Assembly: GCA_964464165.1 (NCBI GenBank)
Contig: CAYXFA010000006.1
Span: 16,092 to 80,091 of the forward strand
Length of the DNA: 64,000 nt
Direction: 5' to 3'
Source of the DNA: an uncultured Phycisphaeraceae bacterium
GTDB taxonomy: Bacteria; Planctomycetota; Phycisphaerae; Phycisphaerales; UBA1924
The position numbers and the translations under genes are program-made. A model generated the notes under the pieces. That model made no database searches, was not told the DNA's origin, and saw nothing but the letters and a program-made list of their open reading frames with translations. Positions 53,206 to 61,648 of this stretch are shown here, piece after piece (position 1 is the stretch's first letter; every line of letters begins with the position of its first letter).

Positions 53206-54765
53206 ATGGCCCACCGGACCACCCCCGACCAGACCGAAACCCGCATGCCGCGGGGTGTCCCCTACATCATCGGCAACGAGCTCGCCGAGCGGTTCAGCTT
53301 CTACGGCATGAAGGGCATCCTGACGGTGTTCATGACCCAGCACCTGGTCAACGCGGCCGGGGAGCCGGACAACATGAGCGACGACCGGGCCAAGGCGGTG
53401 TACCACCTGTTCACGGCGTCGGCCTATTTCTTTCCGATTCTGGGCGCTCTGCTGGCGGACGTGGTGTGGGGCAAGTACAAGACGATCCTCTGGATCAGTC
53501 TGATGTACTGCGTGGGGCACGGCTGCCTCGCGTTGATGGACATGGGGCCGATCACCGGCCTGTGGGACATGCGTCCCTTCCTGTACATCGGGCTGGCGCT
53601 GATCGCGATCGGGGCGGGCGGGATCAAGCCGTGCGTGAGCGCGCACGTGGGCGACCAGTTCGGGCGGGGCAACAAGCACCTGCTGACGCAGATCTTCAAC
53701 TGGTTCTATTTCTCGATCAACGTAGGAGCGATGGTCAGCACGGTACTGACGCCGATCCTGCTCGAACGGCACGGGCCGTGGGCGGCGTTCGGGTTGCCGG
53801 GCGTGCTGATGGGCGTGGCGACGCTGCTGTTCTGGATGGGGCGCCACCGGTTCGTGCATGTGCCGCCTGCGGGGTGGAGCAACTTCATCCGCGAGTCGTT
53901 CAGCCGGGAGGGAGTGCGGGCGCTGGTGAACCTCGCGCCGCTATTCCTGGTTTTCGTGCCGGTGTTCTGGGCGATCTTCGACCAGACGGGGTCGGCGTGG
54001 GTGCTGCAGGCGGAAAGCATGGACAGGCGGTTCTTCGGCGTGACCTGGCTGGAGTCGCAGGTGCAGGCGCTCAACCCGTTCTTCATTCTCGTGCTGATCC
54101 CCGTGTTCACCTACGTGGTGTACCCGGCGATCAGCCGGGTGTTCCCTTTAACACCGCTGCGCAAGGTCGGCATCGGGTTCGTCCTGACGGCGGGCGCGTT
54201 CGCCCTCTCGGCCCTGATCGAGCTGTGGATCGCCGACCGTTCCGGCGCGGTGCTGACGGCGCTGTGGGCGGACATGAACGTTGACGGGGAGGCTCCGAAG
54301 CGCCTCACGGACGCCGTGCGACAGGCCAAGAGCATGGGTTGGACGCAGGCGCAGCTCACGCCTTACCTCGACGCGATGCCGAGCATCGGGTGGCAGTTCC
54401 TGGCCTACATCATCCTGACCTCCGCGGAGATCATGGTGTCGATCGTGTGCCTGGAGTTCGCGTACACGCAGAGCCCGCCGAAGATGAAAAGTTTCGTGAT
54501 GGGCGTGTACTTCCTCGGGGTGTCGCTGGGCAACATCTACGTGTCCGGGGTGAACATCGTGATGGAGAAGACCCGCGACGCCGCGACTGGGGCGAGCGTG
54601 CTGGACGGCGCGAACTACTACTGGTTCTTCGCCGGGCTGATGATGGTGGCGTTCTTCGCCTACCTGGTCTGGACGCGGACCTACAAGGGCCAGACCTACA
54701 TCCAGGGCGACGACGAAGGAACCGCCGAGGCGGCCGCCACCGCGGAAGGCCCGGACGCCCGCTGA
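53206..54765 (+). CDS. POT/PTR2 family di/tripeptide:proton symporter
   Basis: GNELAERFSFYGMKGILTVFM (PTR2 signature 1) and GAGGIKPCVSAHVGDQF (signature 2). Polytopic. Confidence 0.9.
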   Translation: MAHRTTPDQTETRMPRGVPYIIGNELAERFSFYGMKGILTVFMTQHLVNAAGEPDNMSDDRAKAVYHLFTASAYFFPILGALLADVVWGKYKTILWISLMYCVGHGCLALMDMGPITGLWDMRPFLYIGLALIAIGAGGIKPCVSAHVGDQFGRGNKHLLTQIFNWFYFSINVGAMVSTVLTPILLERHGPWAAFGLPGVLMGVATLLFWMGRHRFVHVPPAGWSNFIRESFSREGVRALVNLAPLFLVFVPVFWAIFDQTGSAWVLQAESMDRRFFGVTWLESQVQALNPFFILVLIPVFTYVVYPAISRVFPLTPLRKVGIGFVLTAGAFALSALIELWIADRSGAVLTALWADMNVDGEAPKRLTDAVRQAKSMGWTQAQLTPYLDAMPSIGWQFLAYIILTSAEIMVSIVCLEFAYTQSPPKMKSFVMGVYFLGVSLGNIYVSGVNIVMEKTRDAATGASVLDGANYYWFFAGLMMVAFFAYLVWTRTYKGQTYIQGDDEGTAEAAATAEGPDAR

Positions 54766-54769
54766 CCGC

Positions 54770-55456
54770 TCACACCCCCAGCAGCGACCACACCCCGCGT
54801 GAAACGGAAAATACCAGGCCCTCCGCGGCGGGCAGGATCACTCTGCCCGCGAACCAGAAGAACAGCAGCATCCCCGCCAGGCTCACCCACGCCCCGTTCT
54901 CGCTGGAGACGAACTCGCGGTACGGACGCACGTAGTGGGCCACGATCCGCCCGCCGTCCAGGGGCATCACCGGGATCAGGTTGAACATCACCAGCACGAT
55001 GTTCAGGAACGATCCGATGAAGAAGAACGCCATCAGGTTCGACCCCAGCGGCTCGCCGATGACCACGCCGGAGATCAGCGCCCCGTCCGCAAGCGGACGC
55101 CACACGATCAGCCCGACCAGCGCGATCAGCGCCAACGCCACGTTCATCGCCGGCCCCGCCGCCGCCACCAGCGCCTCGGCGTGACGCCCGCGCATGCGGC
55201 TCGGATCCACCGGCATCGCGCCCCACGCGATGCCGAACACCAGCAGCGCCACCAGCGAGTACGGGCCCATGTGGACCAGCGGGTTCCAGGTCATGTGGCC
55301 CGTCGCCCGCGGCGTCGGATCCCCGAACCGCAACGCCGCCCAGCCGTGCGCCAGCTCGTGCAGCACGATCGAGCCGACGATCCAGACCAGCCAAGAAACA
55401 ACCCACACAGGCCCCTGTGTGGGTTCGTTCCAGACATCCGCCACCCACCAGCCCAT
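54770..55456 (-). CDS. M50-family (site-2 protease-like) membrane metalloprotease
   Basis: Internal ATG at 55456. HELAHGWAA (HExxH) in a TM helix, and a second motif NLIPVMPLDGGRI (NxxPxxxLDG). Confidence 0.75.
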   Translation of the reverse strand: MGWWVADVWNEPTQGPVWVVSWLVWIVGSIVLHELAHGWAALRFGDPTPRATGHMTWNPLVHMGPYSLVALLVFGIAWGAMPVDPSRMRGRHAEALVAAAGPAMNVALALIALVGLIVWRPLADGALISGVVIGEPLGSNLMAFFFIGSFLNIVLVMFNLIPVMPLDGGRIVAHYVRPYREFVSSENGAWVSLAGMLLFFWFAGRVILPAAEGLVFSVSRGVWSLLGV

Positions 55457-55488
55457 GCGGTGCTCCGTGCGTGCCGGCGGGTTGTTTG

Positions 55489-55863
55489 TCAGGCGTTGGC
55501 CGGGACGGCCCGGGCGGCCTTGACGGCCTGCTCGCAGATCTGATCGAACAGCTTCGGGTCCTCGATCGCGATCTGGCTGAGCATCTTCCGGTTCAGGTTG
55601 ATGCCCGCCAGCTTCATCCCGTTCATGAACAGGCTGTAGCGGGTGCCCCGCATGCGGCAGGCCGCGGTGATGCGGGTGATCCACAGCCGGCGCATGTCCC
55701 GCTTGCGGGCGCGGCGGTCGCGGTAGCTGAACAAACCGGCGCGGCGGACCGCGTCCTCGGCCTTGTACTTGTGACGGGAGCGCGAGCCGTAGTAGCCGCG
55801 GGCCTGACGGAGGAGCTTGCGGCGGGCCTGCGTGCGGGCCGCACCCTTGCGAACGCGTGGCAT
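55489..55863 (-). CDS. rplT: 50S ribosomal protein L20
   Basis: MPRVRKGAARTQARRKLLRQARGYYGSRSRHKYKAEDAV...NRKMLSQIAIEDPKLFDQI is a canonical L20 sequence. Confidence 0.95.
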   Translation of the reverse strand: MPRVRKGAARTQARRKLLRQARGYYGSRSRHKYKAEDAVRRAGLFSYRDRRARKRDMRRLWITRITAACRMRGTRYSLFMNGMKLAGINLNRKMLSQIAIEDPKLFDQICEQAVKAARAVPANA

Positions 55864-55987
55864 GAGTCACTCTCCAAGTTTGCCTGACGGAGCCGGTTCG
55901 ACCGGTCTTGTCACCCGGCAGGCGGGGCTGGAAATCCCGCGGCCCAACGCGGGCCGCCGGTGCGCGGGCCGGGGCCCGCTTGCTCGA

Positions 55988-56272
55988 TCAGGACTTGGCC
56001 GCCATCCGGGCCGCGCGACGCTGCTCCGGCGAGGGGCTGCGACGCAGCGCCGTCCGGGGCTGGTTGCGACCGCGCAGGCGGCGGAACAGCAGCTTCTCGA
56101 AGCGCTTGGCCTCGGCGCTGGTCAGCATCCGGTCGGCGCGGAGCTGACGCAGCCGCTTGCCGGACTTGTGGCTCGACAGGTGCTTGTGGAACGCGGAGCG
56201 GTGACGCACCTTGCCGGTCTTCGAGACACGGACGCGCTTCATGATGCCCTTGTGGGGCTTGTTCTTCGACAT
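55988..56272 (-). CDS. rpmI: 50S ribosomal protein L35 with a basic extension of roughly 30 aa at the C-terminus
   Basis: MSKNKPHKGIMKRVRVSKTGKVRHRSAFHKHLSSHKSGKRLRQLR is L35-like. The ORF continues to 94 aa (…RLRGRNQPRTALRRSPSPEQRRAARMAAKS). Confidence 0.85.
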   Translation of the reverse strand: MSKNKPHKGIMKRVRVSKTGKVRHRSAFHKHLSSHKSGKRLRQLRADRMLTSAEAKRFEKLLFRRLRGRNQPRTALRRSPSPEQRRAARMAAKS

Positions 56273-56384
56273 GGCCGTCAACTCCGGTTCAACAGCGGAA
56301 CGCCCGCGAACAGGCGGGCCGGAAGGGTAGCCCGCGCCCCCGAACCGGACAAGCCCACAACGCCACCGCCCGCCCCATTCCCGA

Positions 56385-57599
56385 TCACGGCCCGACGAAC
56401 GCGTCCGTCGCCGAGGCGGGCAGCTCGTCGCCCTTGATCCCCAGCTCCGCCCGCACCTGGCGGATCAGCGTCTCCAGCTGCTGCGGCAGCCAGATGTTGT
56501 CCCCCGCGATCACGGGGGATTTCGCCCACTCCGCGGACCCGTCCAGGCGCAGCACGTGCTGGCCCCGGGCGTCGTGGTTCGGCGTGTTGGCCTCGGGGAA
56601 GATCACCTGGTTCCGGGCCGCCCGGAGCGTCACCGGCGAGCGGTCGGCCATGACCACCACCCGGGTGGTCGAGGGCACCGCCACGCTCATCCGCAGCCCG
56701 CCGTCGGTCATGATCCGGTACGAGTAGGAGATCTCGTCCATCGACCTCCAGTCCATGGACCCGGGCTCCGGGGTTCCCCGGGGGGCTTGGTGGTTGGTCG
56801 GGCAGGCCAGGTCATCCAGACGCATGAACCGCTCGCGGGGCAGCGTGTACAGGTTCGCCGAGTTGGACCGCTTGGGGTTGCCGACCTCCATCCACGAGCC
56901 GCCGAAACCGGCGTTGGCCATCGGGAGCATGTCCGCATTCGACCCGGCGTACGACCCGAAGGCCCGGGCCGCGACCTGCATGTTGGACAAGCAGGCCGCC
57001 TGCTCGCGGTAGCGGGTCACCCCCTGCATGGCCGGGATGGCCACGGAGGCCACGATCAGCAGGGTCGCCGCGATGGACACCAGGTCGGCCAGACGGAAGC
57101 GGGAGCCGCTGGGCGCGGGTGCGTCCTGGAGCTTCATCCGCCCGGCCCGGGCCCGTTCGGCCTCCTCGGCCGCCCGGAGTGTCCGCTCGATCAGGGCCGT
57201 CCGGGCGTCCAGGCCGGGGGCGGGGCCGGCGCAGACCAGGGCGGCCAGGTCCGCCTGACGCCCGACCCGCTCGCGCAGGTGGTCGGGGGCGGGCCCGCCG
57301 TCCATCCAGCAGTCCAGGGCCACCGCGTCGTCGGGCAGCAGCCCGGCGCCCTCCGCTTCCGCCTCCGCCAAGGCGGCACGCCGGGCCCGGATGGCCACCA
57401 CGCTGACGCGGGCGCCCCGGTCGGCCTCCCCCGGGACGGGCGTGCCCAGCAGGTCCAGCAGCGCCGCCACCCGGGCCGCCCGGGGATCCCCACCCGGCGT
57501 CGCACGCAGACCCGCCTCCATCAACGCGTCCAGAGCCGTCCCGTCGGCCTCGCTCAACCGGAACGAGTCGGCTTCGGGTGACAAATCATGCTGCGTCAT
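56385..57599 (-). CDS. putative anti-sigma factor with pseudopilin (DUF1559/H-X9-DG-like) ectodomain
   Basis: The ATG lies 37 nt after the stop of the ECF sigma gene. Residues 1-160 are soluble and Ala/Leu-rich. Then comes a pilin-like helix FRLADLVSIAATLLIVASVAIPAMQGVTRYREQAACLSNMQ. The C-terminus has NHDARGQHVLRLDGSAEW. An alternative internal start is M155 at 57137. Confidence 0.6.
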   Translation of the reverse strand: MTQHDLSPEADSFRLSEADGTALDALMEAGLRATPGGDPRAARVAALLDLLGTPVPGEADRGARVSVVAIRARRAALAEAEAEGAGLLPDDAVALDCWMDGGPAPDHLRERVGRQADLAALVCAGPAPGLDARTALIERTLRAAEEAERARAGRMKLQDAPAPSGSRFRLADLVSIAATLLIVASVAIPAMQGVTRYREQAACLSNMQVAARAFGSYAGSNADMLPMANAGFGGSWMEVGNPKRSNSANLYTLPRERFMRLDDLACPTNHQAPRGTPEPGSMDWRSMDEISYSYRIMTDGGLRMSVAVPSTTRVVVMADRSPVTLRAARNQVIFPEANTPNHDARGQHVLRLDGSAEWAKSPVIAGDNIWLPQQLETLIRQVRAELGIKGDELPASATDAFVGP

Positions 57600-57636
57600 G
57601 GCTGCTCCGTCCCGCCGTCGGCGGACGCTCCGTTGT

Positions 57637-58284
57637 TCATCCCGCCCGATCGGGGCGTTCCCGCGTAACCGCCTGCCAGGCCCGTGCGAACGCCGCCACG
57701 GCCGCGTGCATGCGGGATTTCACCGTGCCCAGGGGAATCCCGAGGTCCTCGGCGATCTGCTGGTAGCTGAGTCGCTGGAAATAGGCCAGCAGCAGCACCT
57801 CCCGCAGCGCGGGCTGCAGCCGGGACAGGGCCGTCTGGACCAGTTGGTCCCGCTCGACGGCGTCCATGGCTGCATCGGGGCTGGGCACGTCAACCTCCAA
57901 AAGATCCACGAACGAGGCGGCGCCGTCCGAACCACGGAGGGGGGCCGAGAGTTCGACCGTCCGCTGCCTCATCCGCTTACGAAGGTGGTCCCGGCCTTTG
58001 TTCGCCGCAATCGTGAACAACCAGGGGCGGAATCGCCGCTCGGTATCGAAGGTATGGGCCGACTGGTGAATCTGGAGAAAGGTTTCCTGGAACAGGTCCT
58101 CGGCCGCGGCCCGGTCCCCGACCAGGCGGGTCAGGAAACGGAGCAGATCGTCGTGGTAGCGCTCGATCAGCGTCCGATAGGCGCTCGCGTCGCCGTCCAG
58201 GAACCGCTCGAAGACGGCTTCGTCAGAGGCTTCGACCGGATCGTTCAAACGCGGGTCCTCGGCGGCTGGCGGTCGTACGGGCAT
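57637..58284 (-). CDS. ECF (group IV) sigma-70 factor
   Basis: Internal ATG at 58284. Region 2 is AEDLFQETFLQIHQSAHTFDTERRFRPWLFTIAANKGRDHLR. Region 4 is LSYQQIAEDLGIPLGTVKSRMHAA. Confidence 0.85.
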   Translation of the reverse strand: MPVRPPAAEDPRLNDPVEASDEAVFERFLDGDASAYRTLIERYHDDLLRFLTRLVGDRAAAEDLFQETFLQIHQSAHTFDTERRFRPWLFTIAANKGRDHLRKRMRQRTVELSAPLRGSDGAASFVDLLEVDVPSPDAAMDAVERDQLVQTALSRLQPALREVLLLAYFQRLSYQQIAEDLGIPLGTVKSRMHAAVAAFARAWQAVTRERPDRAG

Positions 58285-58403
58285 GTCCCGCCGGGGGTTC
58301 GCCCGGCGGCCGGTCCTGACGATCGTCCGGAGTGTACCAGCCGATCCCCCCGCCCCGCCGCTGACGCTGCAATGCGACCCCCCGCCCCGCGTTGTGCGGG
58401 GAG

Positions 58404-59012
58404 ATGGAGCCGGCCTTGACCACCCGCGCCGATCCCCACGGGCCCGACGCGGGTGGCGACCTCGCGGCACTCATCGAGCGGGCCTCCCGCGGCGATGAGC
58501 GCGCATGGGAGGACTTGGTCGGGCTCTACGCCGGGCGTGTGTACGCCATGGCCCAGTCCCGCGTGCGTCGGCCCGATCTGGCCGAGGAGATCACCCAGTC
58601 CGTGTTCGTGACCGTGGCCATCACGCTGAAGGAACGCCGCTACGACGAGCAGGGCCGGTTCGAGCCGTGGCTTTTCCGCGTGACGATGAACCGGGTGCGC
58701 GACGCGGCCCGGCGGATGCGCCGCCACGCCGCGCCCGTCGACCCGGGCACGCTGGAGGCCTCGACCTTCGCCGCGGACCCCGCCGCCCCGTTCGACCCGG
58801 ACGAGGCCGCCACGCTGCGCCGGGCCCTCGCGGCCCTGAACGAGGCCGACCGCGAGGTGATCGAGTTGCGCCACCACGGGCGGATGAACTTCAAGGACAT
58901 CGCGGCGGTGCTGGGCGAGCCCGTGGGGACGGTGCTCGCCCGGCATCACCGCGCTCTGCGCAAACTCCGCGACCTCATCGGCCCCGCCGGGCCGGGAGAC
59001 GAACCCGCATGA
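58404..59012 (+). CDS. ECF (group IV) sigma-70 factor
   Basis: Region 2 is AEEITQSVFVTVAITLKERRYDEQGRFEPWLFRVTMNRVRDAAR. Region 4 is MNFKDIAAVLGEPVGTVLARHHRALRKL. Start is ATG 58404 or TTG 58392. Confidence 0.85.
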   Translation: MEPALTTRADPHGPDAGGDLAALIERASRGDERAWEDLVGLYAGRVYAMAQSRVRRPDLAEEITQSVFVTVAITLKERRYDEQGRFEPWLFRVTMNRVRDAARRMRRHAAPVDPGTLEASTFAADPAAPFDPDEAATLRRALAALNEADREVIELRHHGRMNFKDIAAVLGEPVGTVLARHHRALRKLRDLIGPAGPGDEPA

Positions 59013-59521
59013 CCACCCACGACGCCAACCAGCCCGACCCGTCGGATCCGGCGTTCGACCCCGCGCTGGACCGGCTCGCCCGCCGGCTCGACGCGCTCGG
59101 CCTGGCCGAGGCGGACGCCGCCCCCCCGGGCCTGGAGCGCCGCGTGCTCGACGGCGTCGGGCGCGTCTTCACGCCGGAGCCGATCCCGGTCGCGCGGCGC
59201 GACGCGGGCGTCGTCCGGTGGTTCCCCCGCCTCGCGGTGGCCGCGGGCCTGGCCCTGTTCGCCGGCGCGTCCGCCCTGCTGTACACCGGGATGCGCCGGC
59301 CCGCCGAGGTCTCCGCCGACCTGACCCTCGCCGCGCTGGCGGAGCGCCGGATCGAGGGCTTGCTGGCCCTTTCCACGCCGAGCGCCGACGGCTTCCGCGA
59401 CAAGGTCGCCTCGATCGAGCTGTGGGCGGACGCGCTCAGCGCCGAATCGGGCCTGTTCGGCTCCGACCTGATCGAGGCGGAATGGCTGGACGCCGGCTGG
59501 GCGTGGGAAGGAGCGTTGTGA
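59009..59521 (+). CDS. putative single-pass anti-sigma factor
   Basis: ATGA overlap with the sigma stop. A 70-aa cytoplasmic part is followed by TM helix FPRLAVAAGLALFAGASALLYTG and a short ectodomain. No zf-HC2 motif. Confidence 0.5.
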   Translation: MTTHDANQPDPSDPAFDPALDRLARRLDALGLAEADAAPPGLERRVLDGVGRVFTPEPIPVARRDAGVVRWFPRLAVAAGLALFAGASALLYTGMRRPAEVSADLTLAALAERRIEGLLALSTPSADGFRDKVASIELWADALSAESGLFGSDLIEAEWLDAGWAWEGAL

Positions 59522-60366
59522 TGCGCCGCGTCTGGATCGCCCCGGCCTGCCTCGCCGCGGCGCTGGCCGTCGGGTTCGGCCATCTCCAGCCCACCGGAGC
59601 CCCCGCGGAGAACCCCGCCCCCGAGACGGAGGAACGCGAGGCCCTCCGGGCGCGCCTGGAGCACGCCGTCGAGCGGGCCGAGCGCACGCTCGCCCGCCAG
59701 CGGGAGGCGCTCGAACGCCTCGAAGCGGGCGAGTCGCCCGGCGAGATCATGCGGTCGCTCCGCGCCCGGCCCGCCCGCACCCCCGACGGGCCCGTCGCGG
59801 CGGACGACCGCCCCCGCGGGCCCGGCGTCGGCGCGCCGCCCGGGGCCGAGGCCGCCGTCACGCCCGAAGCCCGGCGCCGGCTCCGGGCCTTCGTCCGCGA
59901 CCACCTGCCCAGCCTGCACGAGCAGCTCGAGACGATCGAGGCCCAGGACGCGGACATGGGCGCCCGGCTCCTGGACCGGATGGCCCCGCAGCTCGACGAG
60001 GTGGCCACCGAGATGGACCACGACCCGCCGCTGGGCTACCTCAAGCTCGCCGAGCTGCGGGCCGGGCTCGGCGTCGTCGACGCCACCCACCGTTTGCGGG
60101 CCCTGCCCGCCGACGCCGACGCGTCACGCCGGGCCGAGGCCGAACGCGAGCTCCGCACCGCCATCGCGGCGCGGTTCGACGCCCGTATCCGCCTGCGCGA
60201 GCAGGAGCTCGAACGCCTGGCCGCGCGGATCTCCGAGCTGCACGAGCAGATCAAGGCCGAGCGCGCCGAACGCGACGACGAGATCGAGCGCGTCTTCCGC
60301 TCCGTGATCGCCCAGCGCTGGGCCGGCCCCACGCCCTCCGGCCGGGCCAACACGCGGGGCGACTGA
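59521..60366 (+). CDS. secreted Arg/Glu/Ala-rich helical (coiled-coil) protein, third gene of the ECF module
   Basis: TGATG junction with the upstream gene. It has a signal peptide (MRRVWIAPACLAAALAVGFG), then heptad-like helices (REQELERLAARISELHEQIKAERAERDDEIE). Confidence 0.5.
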   Translation: MRRVWIAPACLAAALAVGFGHLQPTGAPAENPAPETEEREALRARLEHAVERAERTLARQREALERLEAGESPGEIMRSLRARPARTPDGPVAADDRPRGPGVGAPPGAEAAVTPEARRRLRAFVRDHLPSLHEQLETIEAQDADMGARLLDRMAPQLDEVATEMDHDPPLGYLKLAELRAGLGVVDATHRLRALPADADASRRAEAERELRTAIAARFDARIRLREQELERLAARISELHEQIKAERAERDDEIERVFRSVIAQRWAGPTPSGRANTRGD

Positions 60367-60385
60367 ACGCGCTGCTAAGCCCCGC

Positions 60386-60769
60386 TTACGAGACGACCGC
60401 CCCGGGCGCGATGTCGGCGCTCGGCGAGATCACGACCACCGAGCGCGTCTCGGCGCCCTTCTCGGCGTCCGAGGCGGCCAGCAGCATGCCGCGGGACTCC
60501 TCGCCCCGCAGCTGGCGCGGCGCCAGGTTGGCCACGATCACGATCAGCTTGCCGACCAGCTCCTCGGGCGCGTACTGGGCCCGGATGCCGGCGCAGATCT
60601 GCCGGGGGGCGCCCGAGCCGTCGTCGAGCTGGAGCTTGAGCAGCTTGTCCGCGTTGGGGTGCGGCTCGGCGGCCACGACCCGCGCCACGCGGAGGTCCAC
60701 CTTCGCGAAATCGTCGAAGGTGATCTCGGGCTTGCCGGTCTGCTTGCTCTCGGTCGCGGGTTCGGTCAT
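60386..60769 (-). CDS. tRNA-binding domain protein (CsaA/MetG C-terminal/EMAP-like)
   Basis: [82 protein letters not shown] is the OB-fold tRNA-binding domain pattern. Confidence 0.8.
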   Translation of the reverse strand: MTEPATESKQTGKPEITFDDFAKVDLRVARVVAAEPHPNADKLLKLQLDDGSGAPRQICAGIRAQYAPEELVGKLIVIVANLAPRQLRGEESRGMLLAASDAEKGAETRSVVVISPSADIAPGAVVS

Positions 60770-60811
60770 GGTCGGCCTCTCGTTTCGGTGAACGGTCAGC
60801 CATCGTACCCG

Positions 60812-61648
60812 TCACCGGGCCGACCATCGCCCCGACCGCCACACCGGCCGCTCGGCCGACACGCCGTACGCCTCGGCCAGCCGGCGGAGCGTCCACGCGG
60901 GCGGGGCCCGGTCCAGGCCCACCGCGGCCTGGGCCTCCCACGAGTCGGGCGTCGCCCCCAGCAGCGACATCTCGATGCCCAGCACGATCGCCACGTCCTC
61001 GTCGTCCAGCCGGAGCCCCCTGTGGTGCTGCGGCTCGGGGCAGGGCGCCCGGACCACCGCCGACCCGCGCCGCTCGCGCAGGGTCAGCTCCCCGCCGCAC
61101 GGGTCGGCCGCCGCGGCCATCGCCCAGCTCTCCAGCACCGCCCCGACCCGGTTGGCGGCATGGCCGAGCCGGACGCCCTCGTCGAGGATCCGGTTCCGCA
61201 GGTCGGCGTCCGCACGCCACGCCTTCGCCCCGTCGCGATGGCCCAGACGCAGCAGGCCGAGCACCGCCGCCGCGGCGCGGTCGCTCGCCCCCGCCCCACC
61301 GCCCGCCGCGATCCACCGCCGGTCGGCGCTGCGCACGGGGTCCAGGTCCACGGCCAGCGCCCACAGGCCCGCCCGCTCGTCCGGCGTCCGGGCGACCGCG
61401 GCGAGCGCCACGACCGCGCCGCCGGCCAGCGCGGGGTCCGACTCCGCCGCGAGCAGCGCCGCCAAAGCCAGCGTTTCACGCGCCCGGGGAGCCTGGTCGG
61501 AACGCTCGATCAGACGCTCGCCCAGACGGAAGTACGCCGCGGGATCCTCCGGGCGCAGGCGTGCGAGTTCCTGGTCGGCGTCCACCGGGGCCGCGGCGCC
61601 CGCGCCCAGCGCCGCACCGACCATCGTAACTAGCAGCAGCAGTTTCAC
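60812..61648 (-). CDS. hypothetical secreted Ala-rich protein
   Basis: GTG 61648 overlaps the upstream stop (GTGA). It has a signal peptide (VKLLLLVTMVGAALGAGAAAPVDA). No family recognised. Confidence 0.5.
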   Translation of the reverse strand: MKLLLLVTMVGAALGAGAAAPVDADQELARLRPEDPAAYFRLGERLIERSDQAPRARETLALAALLAAESDPALAGGAVVALAAVARTPDERAGLWALAVDLDPVRSADRRWIAAGGGAGASDRAAAAVLGLLRLGHRDGAKAWRADADLRNRILDEGVRLGHAANRVGAVLESWAMAAAADPCGGELTLRERRGSAVVRAPCPEPQHHRGLRLDDEDVAIVLGIEMSLLGATPDSWEAQAAVGLDRAPPAWTLRRLAEAYGVSAERPVWRSGRWSAR

